Source: Candidatus Rifleibacteriota bacterium
GTDB taxonomy: Bacteria; Muiribacteriota; Ozemobacteria; Ozemobacterales; Ozemobacteraceae
Direction of reading: 5' to 3'
Assembly: GCA_051747585.1 (NCBI GenBank)
Contig: JBNJGH010000045.1
Span: forward strand, 1 to 25,013
Length of the DNA: 25,013 nt
Positions 9,508 through 18,300 of the stretch are shown piece after piece (position 1 is the first letter of the stretch; every line of letters starts with the position of its first letter). Under the pieces are notes generated by a model. That model saw only the letters and a program-made list of their open reading frames with translations. It was not told where the DNA came from and made no database searches. The translations under genes were made by a program, and so were the position numbers.

Positions 9508-10562
9508 TTTGCTTTTAAATCTTTTCCTTCTATGGTAAAAAGCCAGCCATTCTGGGCAGTTATGCCGGTTGCTTTTTTGCGTAGATAAACATCAATATAA
9601 TAATTTCCGCCACTGGTAAGAGGCCGATTTAATTCAGCGCTGAGGACTTGCGTTGTTGGGTCAAAGTTGAAATTTACTTTGCGGCCCGTTATTTTTGCAT
9701 TTAAAACATATTTATCGGGAGAATAATCTTTCAGCCCGGGAATTGCACAACTGAAGGTAGCGATTTCTTTAACGTTTGCCCCCGGCTCAGGCAATCTATT
9801 CTCAATGGGTAGTCCACGCATTCCAAGCCTTACAAGGAATTTGTTTTTTGAATCGCTTGAATAGACAACTTGTCTCTTTAAATAAAAAGGAGAAATATTT
9901 TGGTAGTTGGAACCCCCATCTACTGTCAGGGCTCCAATATAACCGCATTGCCGAGCTTTGGTTAGAGCCGGATTGTTATAGCAACCATAAGGCCATGCTA
10001 TAAATCTAACTTTGTGGCCGGTTTTCTTTTCAATAATTTCTTTTGAGTTTTTAATTTCGTAGTTCAAGAACTTATTTTGCAGGGACGAAGTTGCTTTGCT
10101 GATTGTCAGATTGCTATGACTCATGGAGTGAGATTCAATACTCCAGCCTTCTGCAAGCAGCTTATTGATCTGTTTCCAGGTTAAAGCTTTAGAAGCACCG
10201 ATAAATTCCGGATAAACAAAGACTATACCTTTGAAGCCGTATTGTTTCATTATGGGATAAGCAAAATCGTAAACTGATTTGTAACCATCATCAAAAGTAA
10301 TGATTACAGAGTTCTGCGGAGCTTTTTTATGATTAACAAATATTTCTTCAAGATCATTCGAGGTTAAAGAGACATAATTATGATCTTTAAGATAGGCCAG
10401 TTGATTTTTAAATTTAGCAGTTGAAAGAGAAAATTTGCCCGAGGGGCTGGGTTCAATTTTATGATAACAGAGAGCCGGTATGTCATCTCTGGCTTTTACA
10501 GAATTTATGAAGGTTAGAAGAGTAAAAATAATTAAAAGAAAAAGCTTGGACGAAAATTTCAT
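9501..10562 (-). CDS. Secreted polysaccharide deacetylase (CE4/NodB, IcaB/PgaB-like) with C-terminal beta-rich domain
   Basis: Signal peptide, PALCYH, ITFDDGY, ESHSMSH and AWPYG. ATG at 10562 with GAGG RBS. Convergent 7-bp overlap with the PilX-like gene. Confidence 0.9.
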   Translation of the reverse strand: MKFSSKLFLLIIFTLLTFINSVKARDDIPALCYHKIEPSPSGKFSLSTAKFKNQLAYLKDHNYVSLTSNDLEEIFVNHKKAPQNSVIITFDDGYKSVYDFAYPIMKQYGFKGIVFVYPEFIGASKALTWKQINKLLAEGWSIESHSMSHSNLTISKATSSLQNKFLNYEIKNSKEIIEKKTGHKVRFIAWPYGCYNNPALTKARQCGYIGALTVDGGSNYQNISPFYLKRQVVYSSDSKNKFLVRLGMRGLPIENRLPEPGANVKEIATFSCAIPGLKDYSPDKYVLNAKITGRKVNFNFDPTTQVLSAELNRPLTSGGNYYIDVYLRKKATGITAQNGWLFTIEGKDLKANY

Positions 10563-10611
10563 TTTGTTCCTCAAAAATAATTTGTTAAAAGAATATAGCC
10601 TTTTTTCGGGT

Positions 10612-10640
10612 AAAAAAAAAGGCCACTTTCACGTAGCCTT
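10612..10640 (-). terminator. Intrinsic terminator of the candidate sRNA
   Basis: Minus strand GGCUAC-GUGAAA-GUGGCC stem-loop followed by U9. Confidence 0.8.
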
Positions 10641-10696
10641 GATCAAGGAAAGGAATGATTGAAGACAACTGACGAATAAGTCGTGCAGTGTTGTCT
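10612..10696 (-). ncRNA. Candidate sigma-54-dependent small RNA (~85 nt)
   Basis: Begins about 10-12 nt after a consensus -24/-12 promoter. 5' hairpin AGACAA..CUG.ACGA[CUUAU]UCGU CAG UUGUCU, single-stranded UCAAUCAUUCCUUUCCUUGAUC, then terminator plus U9. No credible ORF. Confidence 0.68.
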
Positions 10697-10703
10697 AAAT
10701 TAA

Positions 10704-10720
10704 AGCAATTCATGTGCCAA
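10704..10720 (-). promoter_or_regulatory. Sigma-54 (RpoN) -24/-12 promoter
   Basis: TTGGCACATGAATTGCT: GG(10718-10717)-N10-GC(10706-10705), matching TGGCAC-N5-TTGCW almost perfectly. Confidence 0.85.
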
Positions 10721-10810
10721 CTTTTAAGGGCTTAATTGGAGCGAATTTAGACAGAAAAGCAATTCTGAAACCGCATTTGTACAATAATTAAACAAGGAAT
10801 GGATTTTTGC

Positions 10811-10850
10811 TGTTTAAAAAATGCGCAAATTGTAAAAAATATTGCGCAAA
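10811..10850. promoter_or_regulatory. Putative upstream activator sites for a bacterial enhancer-binding protein
   Basis: Two TGCGCA palindromes (10822-10827 and 10843-10848), 21 bp apart, within imperfect direct repeats TGT-A/T-rich-TGCGCAAA, about 130-155 bp upstream of the predicted sigma-54 start. Confidence 0.5.
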
Positions 10851-10882
10851 AGAAAAAGGAGCCGGCTTCATGAGCCGGCTCC
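10848..10882 (-). terminator. Intrinsic terminator after hfq
   Basis: Perfect 10-bp stem GGAGCCGGCT-CATGA-AGCCGGCTCC followed by TTTTTCTTTT on the minus strand. Confidence 0.9.
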
Positions 10883-10898
10883 CCCTCTAGTTCGTTTA

Positions 10899-11120
10899 TC
10901 AGCCTTCGGTACCTGAAAAATCATCGGGTAACTGAATGGTAGAAACTGCATGCTTGTAAATCAATTGTTTCTTACCTTCAGATTCTAACAAAATTACAAA
11001 AGTATCAAAGTCAATAACCGTCCCCTGAATCTGAAAGCCCTTCATGAGAAAGATCTTTACAAGATCTCCTCCGTCTTTTAGATACTGAAGGATGTTGTCC
11101 TGGATGTTTACAGCAGGCAT
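10899..11120 (-). CDS. hfq: RNA chaperone Hfq (73 aa)
   Basis: NIQDNIL, IFLMKGFQIQG, FDTFVILL and QLIYKHAVSTI (Sm2 YKHA). ATG at 11120 lies 8 nt after GGAGG. Confidence 0.95.
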   Translation of the reverse strand: MPAVNIQDNILQYLKDGGDLVKIFLMKGFQIQGTVIDFDTFVILLESEGKKQLIYKHAVSTIQLPDDFSGTEG

Positions 11121-11180
11121 TTCTCTAACCTCCAAATGGTTTCTTTGTTTAGATAAAACATTTAGGCAAAAAATGCAAAC

Positions 11181-14100
11181 TCAATATTCATGATCTGTGC
11201 AATGAATTTTGCCTTTTTTATCAATTTCCCAGCTGCCCGATGTTGGGCAGTGCGGAACATTATACTCTTTTATTAACTCTTTTAGCAAATCATCGGTGTC
11301 ATTAATTTTTTTGCCGATTTCTAAGCGGTTCTTAACGAGCTTTTCGAGTCTTTTTCGGTAATAATGACAAGCATGGGTTGCTTCTAGAAAAATAGGTATG
11401 GCAGGTGTGCCTTGATGAAGTTCACAGTTTATAAGACCTGCGATGTGATCGAAATATACTTTACCATGTTCAGGACATACATTTTTTATTTCCGGGTGAA
11501 AAAACATCCTTGATAAAAAACAGCAGTATCCGGAACAATATTTTGTGAAACTCTGGCTTAACAAACCTTTGATTACGGGCGAAAATTTTCTGTTTATGAA
11601 TTCAGAAAAATTATCCAGATAAATAGCAAGATAAAGCATATCATTTTCTGAAGACACTTTAATCGTTGCATCAAGACCCATCTGATGAGCTCTTAGCTTG
11701 AAAGCAAAAAGCTGTCGGGCAATATTTCTTAAGAAAGCCTTATTCTGTTTCTTCCCGGTTGAAAGAAGCGAAAACTCTCTTAAGCTTCCGCTCTTGAAAG
11801 TTAAATTGGACATAGATTTTGCAAAGGGCTTCATCGGATTCTTTAAAAAAGGTCTTAAAATTGCCGGTATCTGCTTTTCAAATTGTGACCAGTCAAAATA
11901 AAGGCTACCGAGGATATTCTCATTCATTGGGCATACTTTGTTCATCGATTCAAGCTGTTTTGCTCCTGGTTTTTTTAAAGGAAAAATGTAAACGAAGTTT
12001 CTGTCGGCAATCGCAAATATTTTTCTTTTGCCTGTATGAATGTTCAACAGGTCAGGGGTTTTATTGTCTTGTGTTACTTGCCAGTTTAGCTGTCTGAAAT
12101 AGTTTTTCAGAAGCATTAATGTTGTGGTGCCTTCAGTATGGCCCGATTCAATTCGAATAATAAGGTTTTTGCCTGGATTGTAAATTTTTTCGATAAAGAA
12201 GGTGAAGCTGAAGTCTTCTAATGCAGAAAAAGTGGGGATTAATCTTCCTGCCTTGGCAAAAAAATCAGGGCCGAGAGAAATAACAAAGGGAAAGTTCACA
12301 TCTTCAGGGATAGAAACTGGCATCATCTCTGAATCAAAGTTCACAGAAGCAGATTCTGTCTGTTCTTTGGAAGTGCTAATGGATGGTTCCCCGGGCTTTT
12401 CGAGTTCTTTAGGCTCTTGAGCTTTTTGAGCTTCTCCGGCCTGCTTTTGAGCTTCGGCTTTTAAAATGATCTCATTTTTGTCATCTTTATCTTTTTCAAG
12501 CTCATAAAAGGGAAATAATGGTTCAGCCAGGCTGACTTCATCTTTGCGAATCTCGGCGCAAAGTTTGGTCAATCCAACAGCCTTGCTGTATTCCTTTTCT
12601 TCCTGGTATAGCCTTGCAATACTCATTAGAATGTTACATAATCGGTCTTTATCGGATCTTTCGCCCATAAGACCATGGTATTGGGCAAGGGCTTCAAAAT
12701 AAGATTTGAGTCTTATTGCCATATAAAGGGCATCATTGGTGGCTTGAAAGTTTGGGTCAGCTTTATGCGCTTCTTTTAAGTAGTTCAGAGCTGTGGCAAA
12801 TTTTCCTTGATCTAAATGGACAATTCCGATGTGCATCAGTATTTCACTTTGTTCCGGAGCCAGGTCTGCCGCTTTAAGCAAATTTTTAAGAGCCTGATCA
12901 AGTTTGTTCTGTCGGTAATACAACCAACCAAGAGTATCTAGATAAGATGCATTCGAAGGCTCGAGTTTAACTGCAGTTTTTGACATACCAAGAGCTTCAT
13001 CAATTTTTTTATTTCGTTCTGCCAGCAGGTAGGCAAGATTGTTTAAAGCTTCGGCAGATTGCGGTTTGAATTCGAGAGATTTGCGATAATGCTTCTCGGC
13101 CTCTTGAAGGCGGCCGGTAGCATAATAAAGAGTTGCGATATGATAGTGAGGCGTGTAGATATCATCTCGCATCGAAAGAGATTTTTTAAGTTCAATTTCT
13201 GCAGTTTGAAAATCTTTGTTTTTAAATGCGGCCCATCCCAGGCTATCTCTGAATCCGGGGTTGTCGGGATTCAGGTCGACTGCACGCTGGCATAAATCCT
13301 GAGCCATCTTCGAATTAACCCCATATTCAGCGTAAAGGTAGCCAAGATTGTTAAGGGCATAGGCATTGCCGGGCGAAAGGGTCAGAATCTTTTTGTAAAC
13401 GGCTTCTTCGAGCCAAAAGGGCTCGGACTTATTTCTTGCCTGAAAATCTTCATGCAAGCCCATGTAAATACCAAGAAGGGAATTTTGTAGCTTGGGATTT
13501 TTGGGATCTAGAGATGCAGCCTTTTCATAAGATGCAATCGAGAGAAATAGAGTAGAATCTTCGTTACCAAGTAACCTGAAAGCCTGGCCTATAATAAAAT
13601 AATAATGGGCAGATTCGGGAACCAGACTGAGAGCTTTCTTGAGATCTTCTGCGGGCTTCATTAAAGAAAAGTAACTGTTGCCTTTGGCACTAAGCAGTTG
13701 AAAAATTATGGCTTTAACAATATGGTAGTCGGGATTGTTTGATAATAACTTTTCTGAATCCAAAAGCAGACTTTCAAATCTCTCATCTGCATTTTCGGAC
13801 CTGTTTTCGTTATAATCATTGCTTAACTGTAATCCTCTGAAGAAAATCTCTTGAAGCCTTTCAAATTTGGAAACCTCTTTTTGTTTCTCGGTCGAAAAAT
13901 AATCCGAGCTGATTTTTATCAGTTCTGTTCTGCGTGGAGTGTCTGAAAGTCTTATCAGACTGAACCATCTGGAAATGGCGTGAAGCTGATGCAGAGGTGA
14001 TTCTGAATGCTCCGACAAATATTTTTTTAGTAACTGAAAGTTAAAGTCAGAGCTGCTGCTTTTATCAAATCTAATTTCTTCATAGCCGAAAAGCGGCAAA

Positions 14101-14195
14101 CCGAAATCAAAGGCCGGAGCCCCTTGAGTCTGGGAAGGAAGTGAGATCAGGATCAAGAGTAGAACTGTAAAGAGTTTGTATCTGTAAAAATTCAT
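11181..14195 (-). CDS. Secreted multi-TPR protein with C-terminal Cys/His modules (1004 aa)
   Basis: Signal peptide; TPR repeats (ALNNLGYLYA, FRDSLGWA, ALNNLAYLLA, YLDTLGWLYY); low-complexity linker; C-terminal CPEHG...CELH and CPTSG...CTDH. GGAGG RBS. Confidence 0.85.
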   Translation of the reverse strand: MNFYRYKLFTVLLLILISLPSQTQGAPAFDFGLPLFGYEEIRFDKSSSSDFNFQLLKKYLSEHSESPLHQLHAISRWFSLIRLSDTPRRTELIKISSDYFSTEKQKEVSKFERLQEIFFRGLQLSNDYNENRSENADERFESLLLDSEKLLSNNPDYHIVKAIIFQLLSAKGNSYFSLMKPAEDLKKALSLVPESAHYYFIIGQAFRLLGNEDSTLFLSIASYEKAASLDPKNPKLQNSLLGIYMGLHEDFQARNKSEPFWLEEAVYKKILTLSPGNAYALNNLGYLYAEYGVNSKMAQDLCQRAVDLNPDNPGFRDSLGWAAFKNKDFQTAEIELKKSLSMRDDIYTPHYHIATLYYATGRLQEAEKHYRKSLEFKPQSAEALNNLAYLLAERNKKIDEALGMSKTAVKLEPSNASYLDTLGWLYYRQNKLDQALKNLLKAADLAPEQSEILMHIGIVHLDQGKFATALNYLKEAHKADPNFQATNDALYMAIRLKSYFEALAQYHGLMGERSDKDRLCNILMSIARLYQEEKEYSKAVGLTKLCAEIRKDEVSLAEPLFPFYELEKDKDDKNEIILKAEAQKQAGEAQKAQEPKELEKPGEPSISTSKEQTESASVNFDSEMMPVSIPEDVNFPFVISLGPDFFAKAGRLIPTFSALEDFSFTFFIEKIYNPGKNLIIRIESGHTEGTTTLMLLKNYFRQLNWQVTQDNKTPDLLNIHTGKRKIFAIADRNFVYIFPLKKPGAKQLESMNKVCPMNENILGSLYFDWSQFEKQIPAILRPFLKNPMKPFAKSMSNLTFKSGSLREFSLLSTGKKQNKAFLRNIARQLFAFKLRAHQMGLDATIKVSSENDMLYLAIYLDNFSEFINRKFSPVIKGLLSQSFTKYCSGYCCFLSRMFFHPEIKNVCPEHGKVYFDHIAGLINCELHQGTPAIPIFLEATHACHYYRKRLEKLVKNRLEIGKKINDTDDLLKELIKEYNVPHCPTSGSWEIDKKGKIHCTDHEY

Positions 14196-14234
14196 ATCGC
14201 CTCCATAAATTGCCGGAAAATTCGAACTTTTTAT

Positions 14235-15269
14235 TTATCTGTTTATTGTTCTGGTCAGCCCGGAATCTTTTAATTCCAGTGTTATCTTCCCAGGCATGTT
14301 CATATTTGTTCTGGTTGAAAATTCGATAACCTGAACATTGTTGATAATTTGTCCAAGCTTTTGAAACCATTCATCCAGGTTTGAGCTGTCGGGGACATAA
14401 GAGTAGTAGCCTTCGGTTTGTTGTGAGATTTCTTTCAGCCGATCGACTTTGAGCCAGCCAAAGCCAAAAGCGAAAATGGAGATATTATGTTGTTGTGCCC
14501 TGCGAATAACTTCGGTTAAAGAAACCTTAGAAGCATTGTCGTTCCCGTCGGTGGTTAAAACAATAAACCTCAGATGCGGCCGAGCTTGAATAGTTTCTAT
14601 GCCTTTGTCGAGGCCATCATATAAAGCAGTGTTAGTTAGAGAAATGCGCTTCTTTATGGCATCAAGAATTTGATTCTTGTCATCAGTAAGCGAATTCATC
14701 TGCTTGACTTGTTCATTGAACTTTATGATTGAAGCCGAAAATGGTAGAGCAATTTCATTGGTGAACTCGCTGAAATTGTTTTCAATGGCTTTGACATCAT
14801 GAGGAAACATGCTTCCCGAATAATCCATGACTGCAGCAAAGCTTATCGGATCTTTCAAGTCCCCGTAAAAATGCAGAGGCTTTACCCTGTCTATCACACA
14901 AGCTTCCTCCGAAGCGTCGGGGGTGAATACACTTAAATTAATATTTGCCGGATTCAGGGTTTTCAGCGGAGAACTGTTTTTATCGGTAACAGAAACATAA
15001 AGATAAAACCTTTTTTCACCGGCTTTTTCTATTCCGTGTATCCTTAGTGCGTCGGCAAAATCATCTTGAGGCTTCAAACCTGGATTCATGCTGCTGGCAA
15101 AACTTAAATAACGCCTTAATGATTCAAGAAAAGAATTTCGCGCCGAAAAACCAGAGGAAAAAGTATAAATCAGCACGCCGAGCAAAATGATTAAAAGAAG
15201 AAGCAGAAACAGCATGTATTTCCATACAGGTATTCTGAGTTGATCTTTTTTTGGCGATACTTCAACCAT
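14235..15269 (-). CDS. Membrane-anchored von Willebrand factor A (VWA) domain protein
   Basis: N-terminal TM; YVSVTDKN pre-domain; MIDAS residues DYSGSM, TALYD and LTTDGND. Confidence 0.9.
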   Translation of the reverse strand: MVEVSPKKDQLRIPVWKYMLFLLLLLIILLGVLIYTFSSGFSARNSFLESLRRYLSFASSMNPGLKPQDDFADALRIHGIEKAGEKRFYLYVSVTDKNSSPLKTLNPANINLSVFTPDASEEACVIDRVKPLHFYGDLKDPISFAAVMDYSGSMFPHDVKAIENNFSEFTNEIALPFSASIIKFNEQVKQMNSLTDDKNQILDAIKKRISLTNTALYDGLDKGIETIQARPHLRFIVLTTDGNDNASKVSLTEVIRRAQQHNISIFAFGFGWLKVDRLKEISQQTEGYYSYVPDSSNLDEWFQKLGQIINNVQVIEFSTRTNMNMPGKITLELKDSGLTRTINR

Positions 15270-15327
15270 TATTCTTTGTTTATACCTCTTGCTATCAGCT
15301 TCTTATCAACATTTTTAACATTTATTA

Positions 15328-18300
15328 TCAGGATAATGCGCCTTCAATAGTGCCCGATGGACGTTGCCTGAGAATGCTGTTGAATTGCTCGTTATAGTCC
15401 TGAAGGATTTTCAAGATGCCACGTTTGATTGAAAGCAGCTCATCACTGGAAGCACTGACTTCATGGTTTTTCTTGATTTCCTGTTCAATCGCGTCTTCAA
15501 GCTTTCTAACTTTTTCGGTCATGACCGGAAGATATTTTTTTACAATTGCATGTTGTTTTGGGAAAGGCAGTGATTTCCAATATTCATTGAATACACTTCT
15601 GATAAGGTAAATACCCATGGTGTTATTTTTTAAATAATCAAACAAAGCAGTAATAGTTCTGCCTATTGGCTGAGGCTTGTCCTGCTGATACCATAGCTCG
15701 TATTGTACCAGTTCTTCATTATATTCTATACCGTGACGCATATTATTGTCGTCGGCATAAAGTTCATAACGTAAAAGCAGATAAACCATATAGTGTTCTT
15801 CAAGCTTTTTAGCAGGAATGAGACCGTAACTTGACCACAAAATTGGATATGCGTCATTGGTCAGAATTGCATGGCAGTTAATCTTTGCATTATTTTTACG
15901 GTAAAGGTTATGCCACTGAGTTATAGAGCTGATATTGTATGGAGCAATTCCATGAAGAGTTTGCAGCAGGCTTATTTCATATGGATTTCTGGTTGGCGCT
16001 ATGGTTACGCCGATATCGCCTTTTCTTAAAGAGTCTTTGATTTCTTCGCTCAGCTTGCTGTTTTCACTTGCGATACCCAGGGTTACAATATTCATGCGCT
16101 GAGGAGAGTTGTTGCCGCGATCATTGAGAGTAATAAGCGGAGTAGACTGATTCATCATACTTTCGACCAGACTCTTTTTAAAACCTTTTCTTACCGAGTC
16201 TTTCCAGTGGATAAATTCTTCAATTCCGCCAAAAAGCCTCTTATTGATGATTTCACGACAATACTTAACTATATCTTTCTGTAGAGAAGCACTTTCAGGA
16301 TTAGTATATTTATCCCAATTTTCTTCAAGGCTGATTTTAACCAGAAAATCGCCTTCGATGTCGTTATTTGAAAGATCTCCGAGCAGATACTTGTAAAACG
16401 GCTCGATGTCGCGTTCTTCAAAAATAAAGGTTCTTATGAAATTTTGTATGGTAGAGTAAGGCTTGATTTTGTCCAAACAGTTTTCATACTGTCTTTCAAT
16501 CATTCCATCTTTTGAGATTTTTTCGAGTTTGCCGGCAAATACTTCAACCTGTTTTTTGATCGAGGCAGCCTGAACATTCAGATATTTAAGAAAATCTTCT
16601 GCACAGTTAAGACAGAACATTTCGTATTCCATATCTACCGCTTCTTTTGCTTCTTTGAGCAGCTTGTCGCGATATTCGTTAATATCGGTCATGCGAAGAA
16701 TGGTGCCAAGTTCCATGAGCTTGCCTTTTAGACCGGCAAAACCCGAGAGTTTTTCTTTAAGCTGATTGCTTATTTCGCGGTATTCGCGTTGTTCTTTGTC
16801 AAGCTTGATTCTTATCTCTTGCACTTTGCGGTGCATTACTTCTCGCGGATATCGGCTCAAATGTTTGGAAAAGGCGGTTAGAAAGTCTATGGCGATATGA
16901 GCGCCGAGGTCGGGGTTGTTGATAATCTCGATGACTTTTTCGCGCAAATGTTCGCCGGCTTCTATGGCACTTTGCTCAAACTTAACCCTGACTTTTGCGC
17001 GTATATCGTCTTTTTTGACCCGATTTCTATTCATTTCTTCGATCTGGCGAAGAATGAACGCGGAGGCTGACTCATCGTCTTTTTGTCTCGATGTGGTTCT
17101 AAGAGTGTGGTAAATCGGGTTATCCCAGTAGCGCTTACGATCGATGATATCTTTTGACATAAGCAGCAAACCTTCCGGGGTGAGGTCGAGTTTGGTTGGG
17201 TTGTTTTCACAGAATTCCTGCACCATTGCATCGATGAGAATTCTGTCCATGGAAAGCTTGAGCCAGTATGTCAGGTCCATTGAGAGTTTAAATGTATAAA
17301 GGTCTCTAATTACATCAACAGGGTAATAAAAACTTTTGTAACCGGCTGAACTGAAACATTTCAACTGCCTGCCTTCGAGATCGGAGCTTTTTTGCCCGAG
17401 AATCTGCGAGGCATTATCCAGCATGGAGTTCTGAGCTTGTCTGAGCTGGGTTGCCAGCTTGGTAAAAATAAACTCCGAAGCTATGCTGTAATAGGTGGGA
17501 ATGTCGTCCTGATTGCTTGTGCCAAGCAGGTATAACTGATCAAAAGGAGGTTGTTCGGCAACTGAGCCAAAGGTTGTGGTGTCGTGACTTTTTCCAATTG
17601 GACCATAATTCACCATGAATTTATTGCGTCTATCCTGGCTGATAATGTCTTTGGCGCTTTTGGTAGGCGGAAATTTTTCTTTTGACATGAAATAAAACAA
17701 TTCAGTTAAAGAAGCATATCCGTTTCCTTCTATTCTTCCGGTTGAGTTGACATTTGGATCTATGGCGATCTGGGTGAATGCTTCGGGGGTCATTTGGATC
17801 CCTATGATATTAGGCTTGCCTTTGCCGCCTGATAACTGGTAATAAGCCATTTTCATCAGATAAGCAATGTCTAAAAACATGCCGGCCCCCGAACCGCCAC
17901 ATAATGAACCTACAATATAGAATTCCGGTGTGAGAATCTGGCCCTGTTTATTAGTGAGCGGAACAATTATGTCATCTTGATTGACATTGCTGCGAGACAT
18001 TATTTTGCTCATTTTGCTTTTTATCTGCTGATAAATTTTCTGAATGTCGACAAAAACTCCGAAGCGCCCGGTAAATCTGAATTGATGAGCTCCCTGGCTG
18101 ATCTGACCAATATGGTGTTTGAGTTTTTGCGGAAACCATTCATAAAGGTAACCGTAGGTATCTGAGTCTAGATTTCCCGTGATCTGGCCGGCATTTTGTA
18201 TGTTAATCTGGTGATATTCGCTTTCGCTTAATTTGCTGGAGATAGCTTGGTCGTCGTCTTCTTCGGGCTGACTTGCGTCAAAAATATCAGTGTCTATACA

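Noticed and set aside
10480..10670. Plus-strand 60-aa ORF and GGA motifs (CsrB-like RNA or small peptide)
   Set aside because: The promoter and U-tract both point to the minus strand; the AUG after AAGGAAAGGA opens only 5 codons; there is no plus-strand terminator.
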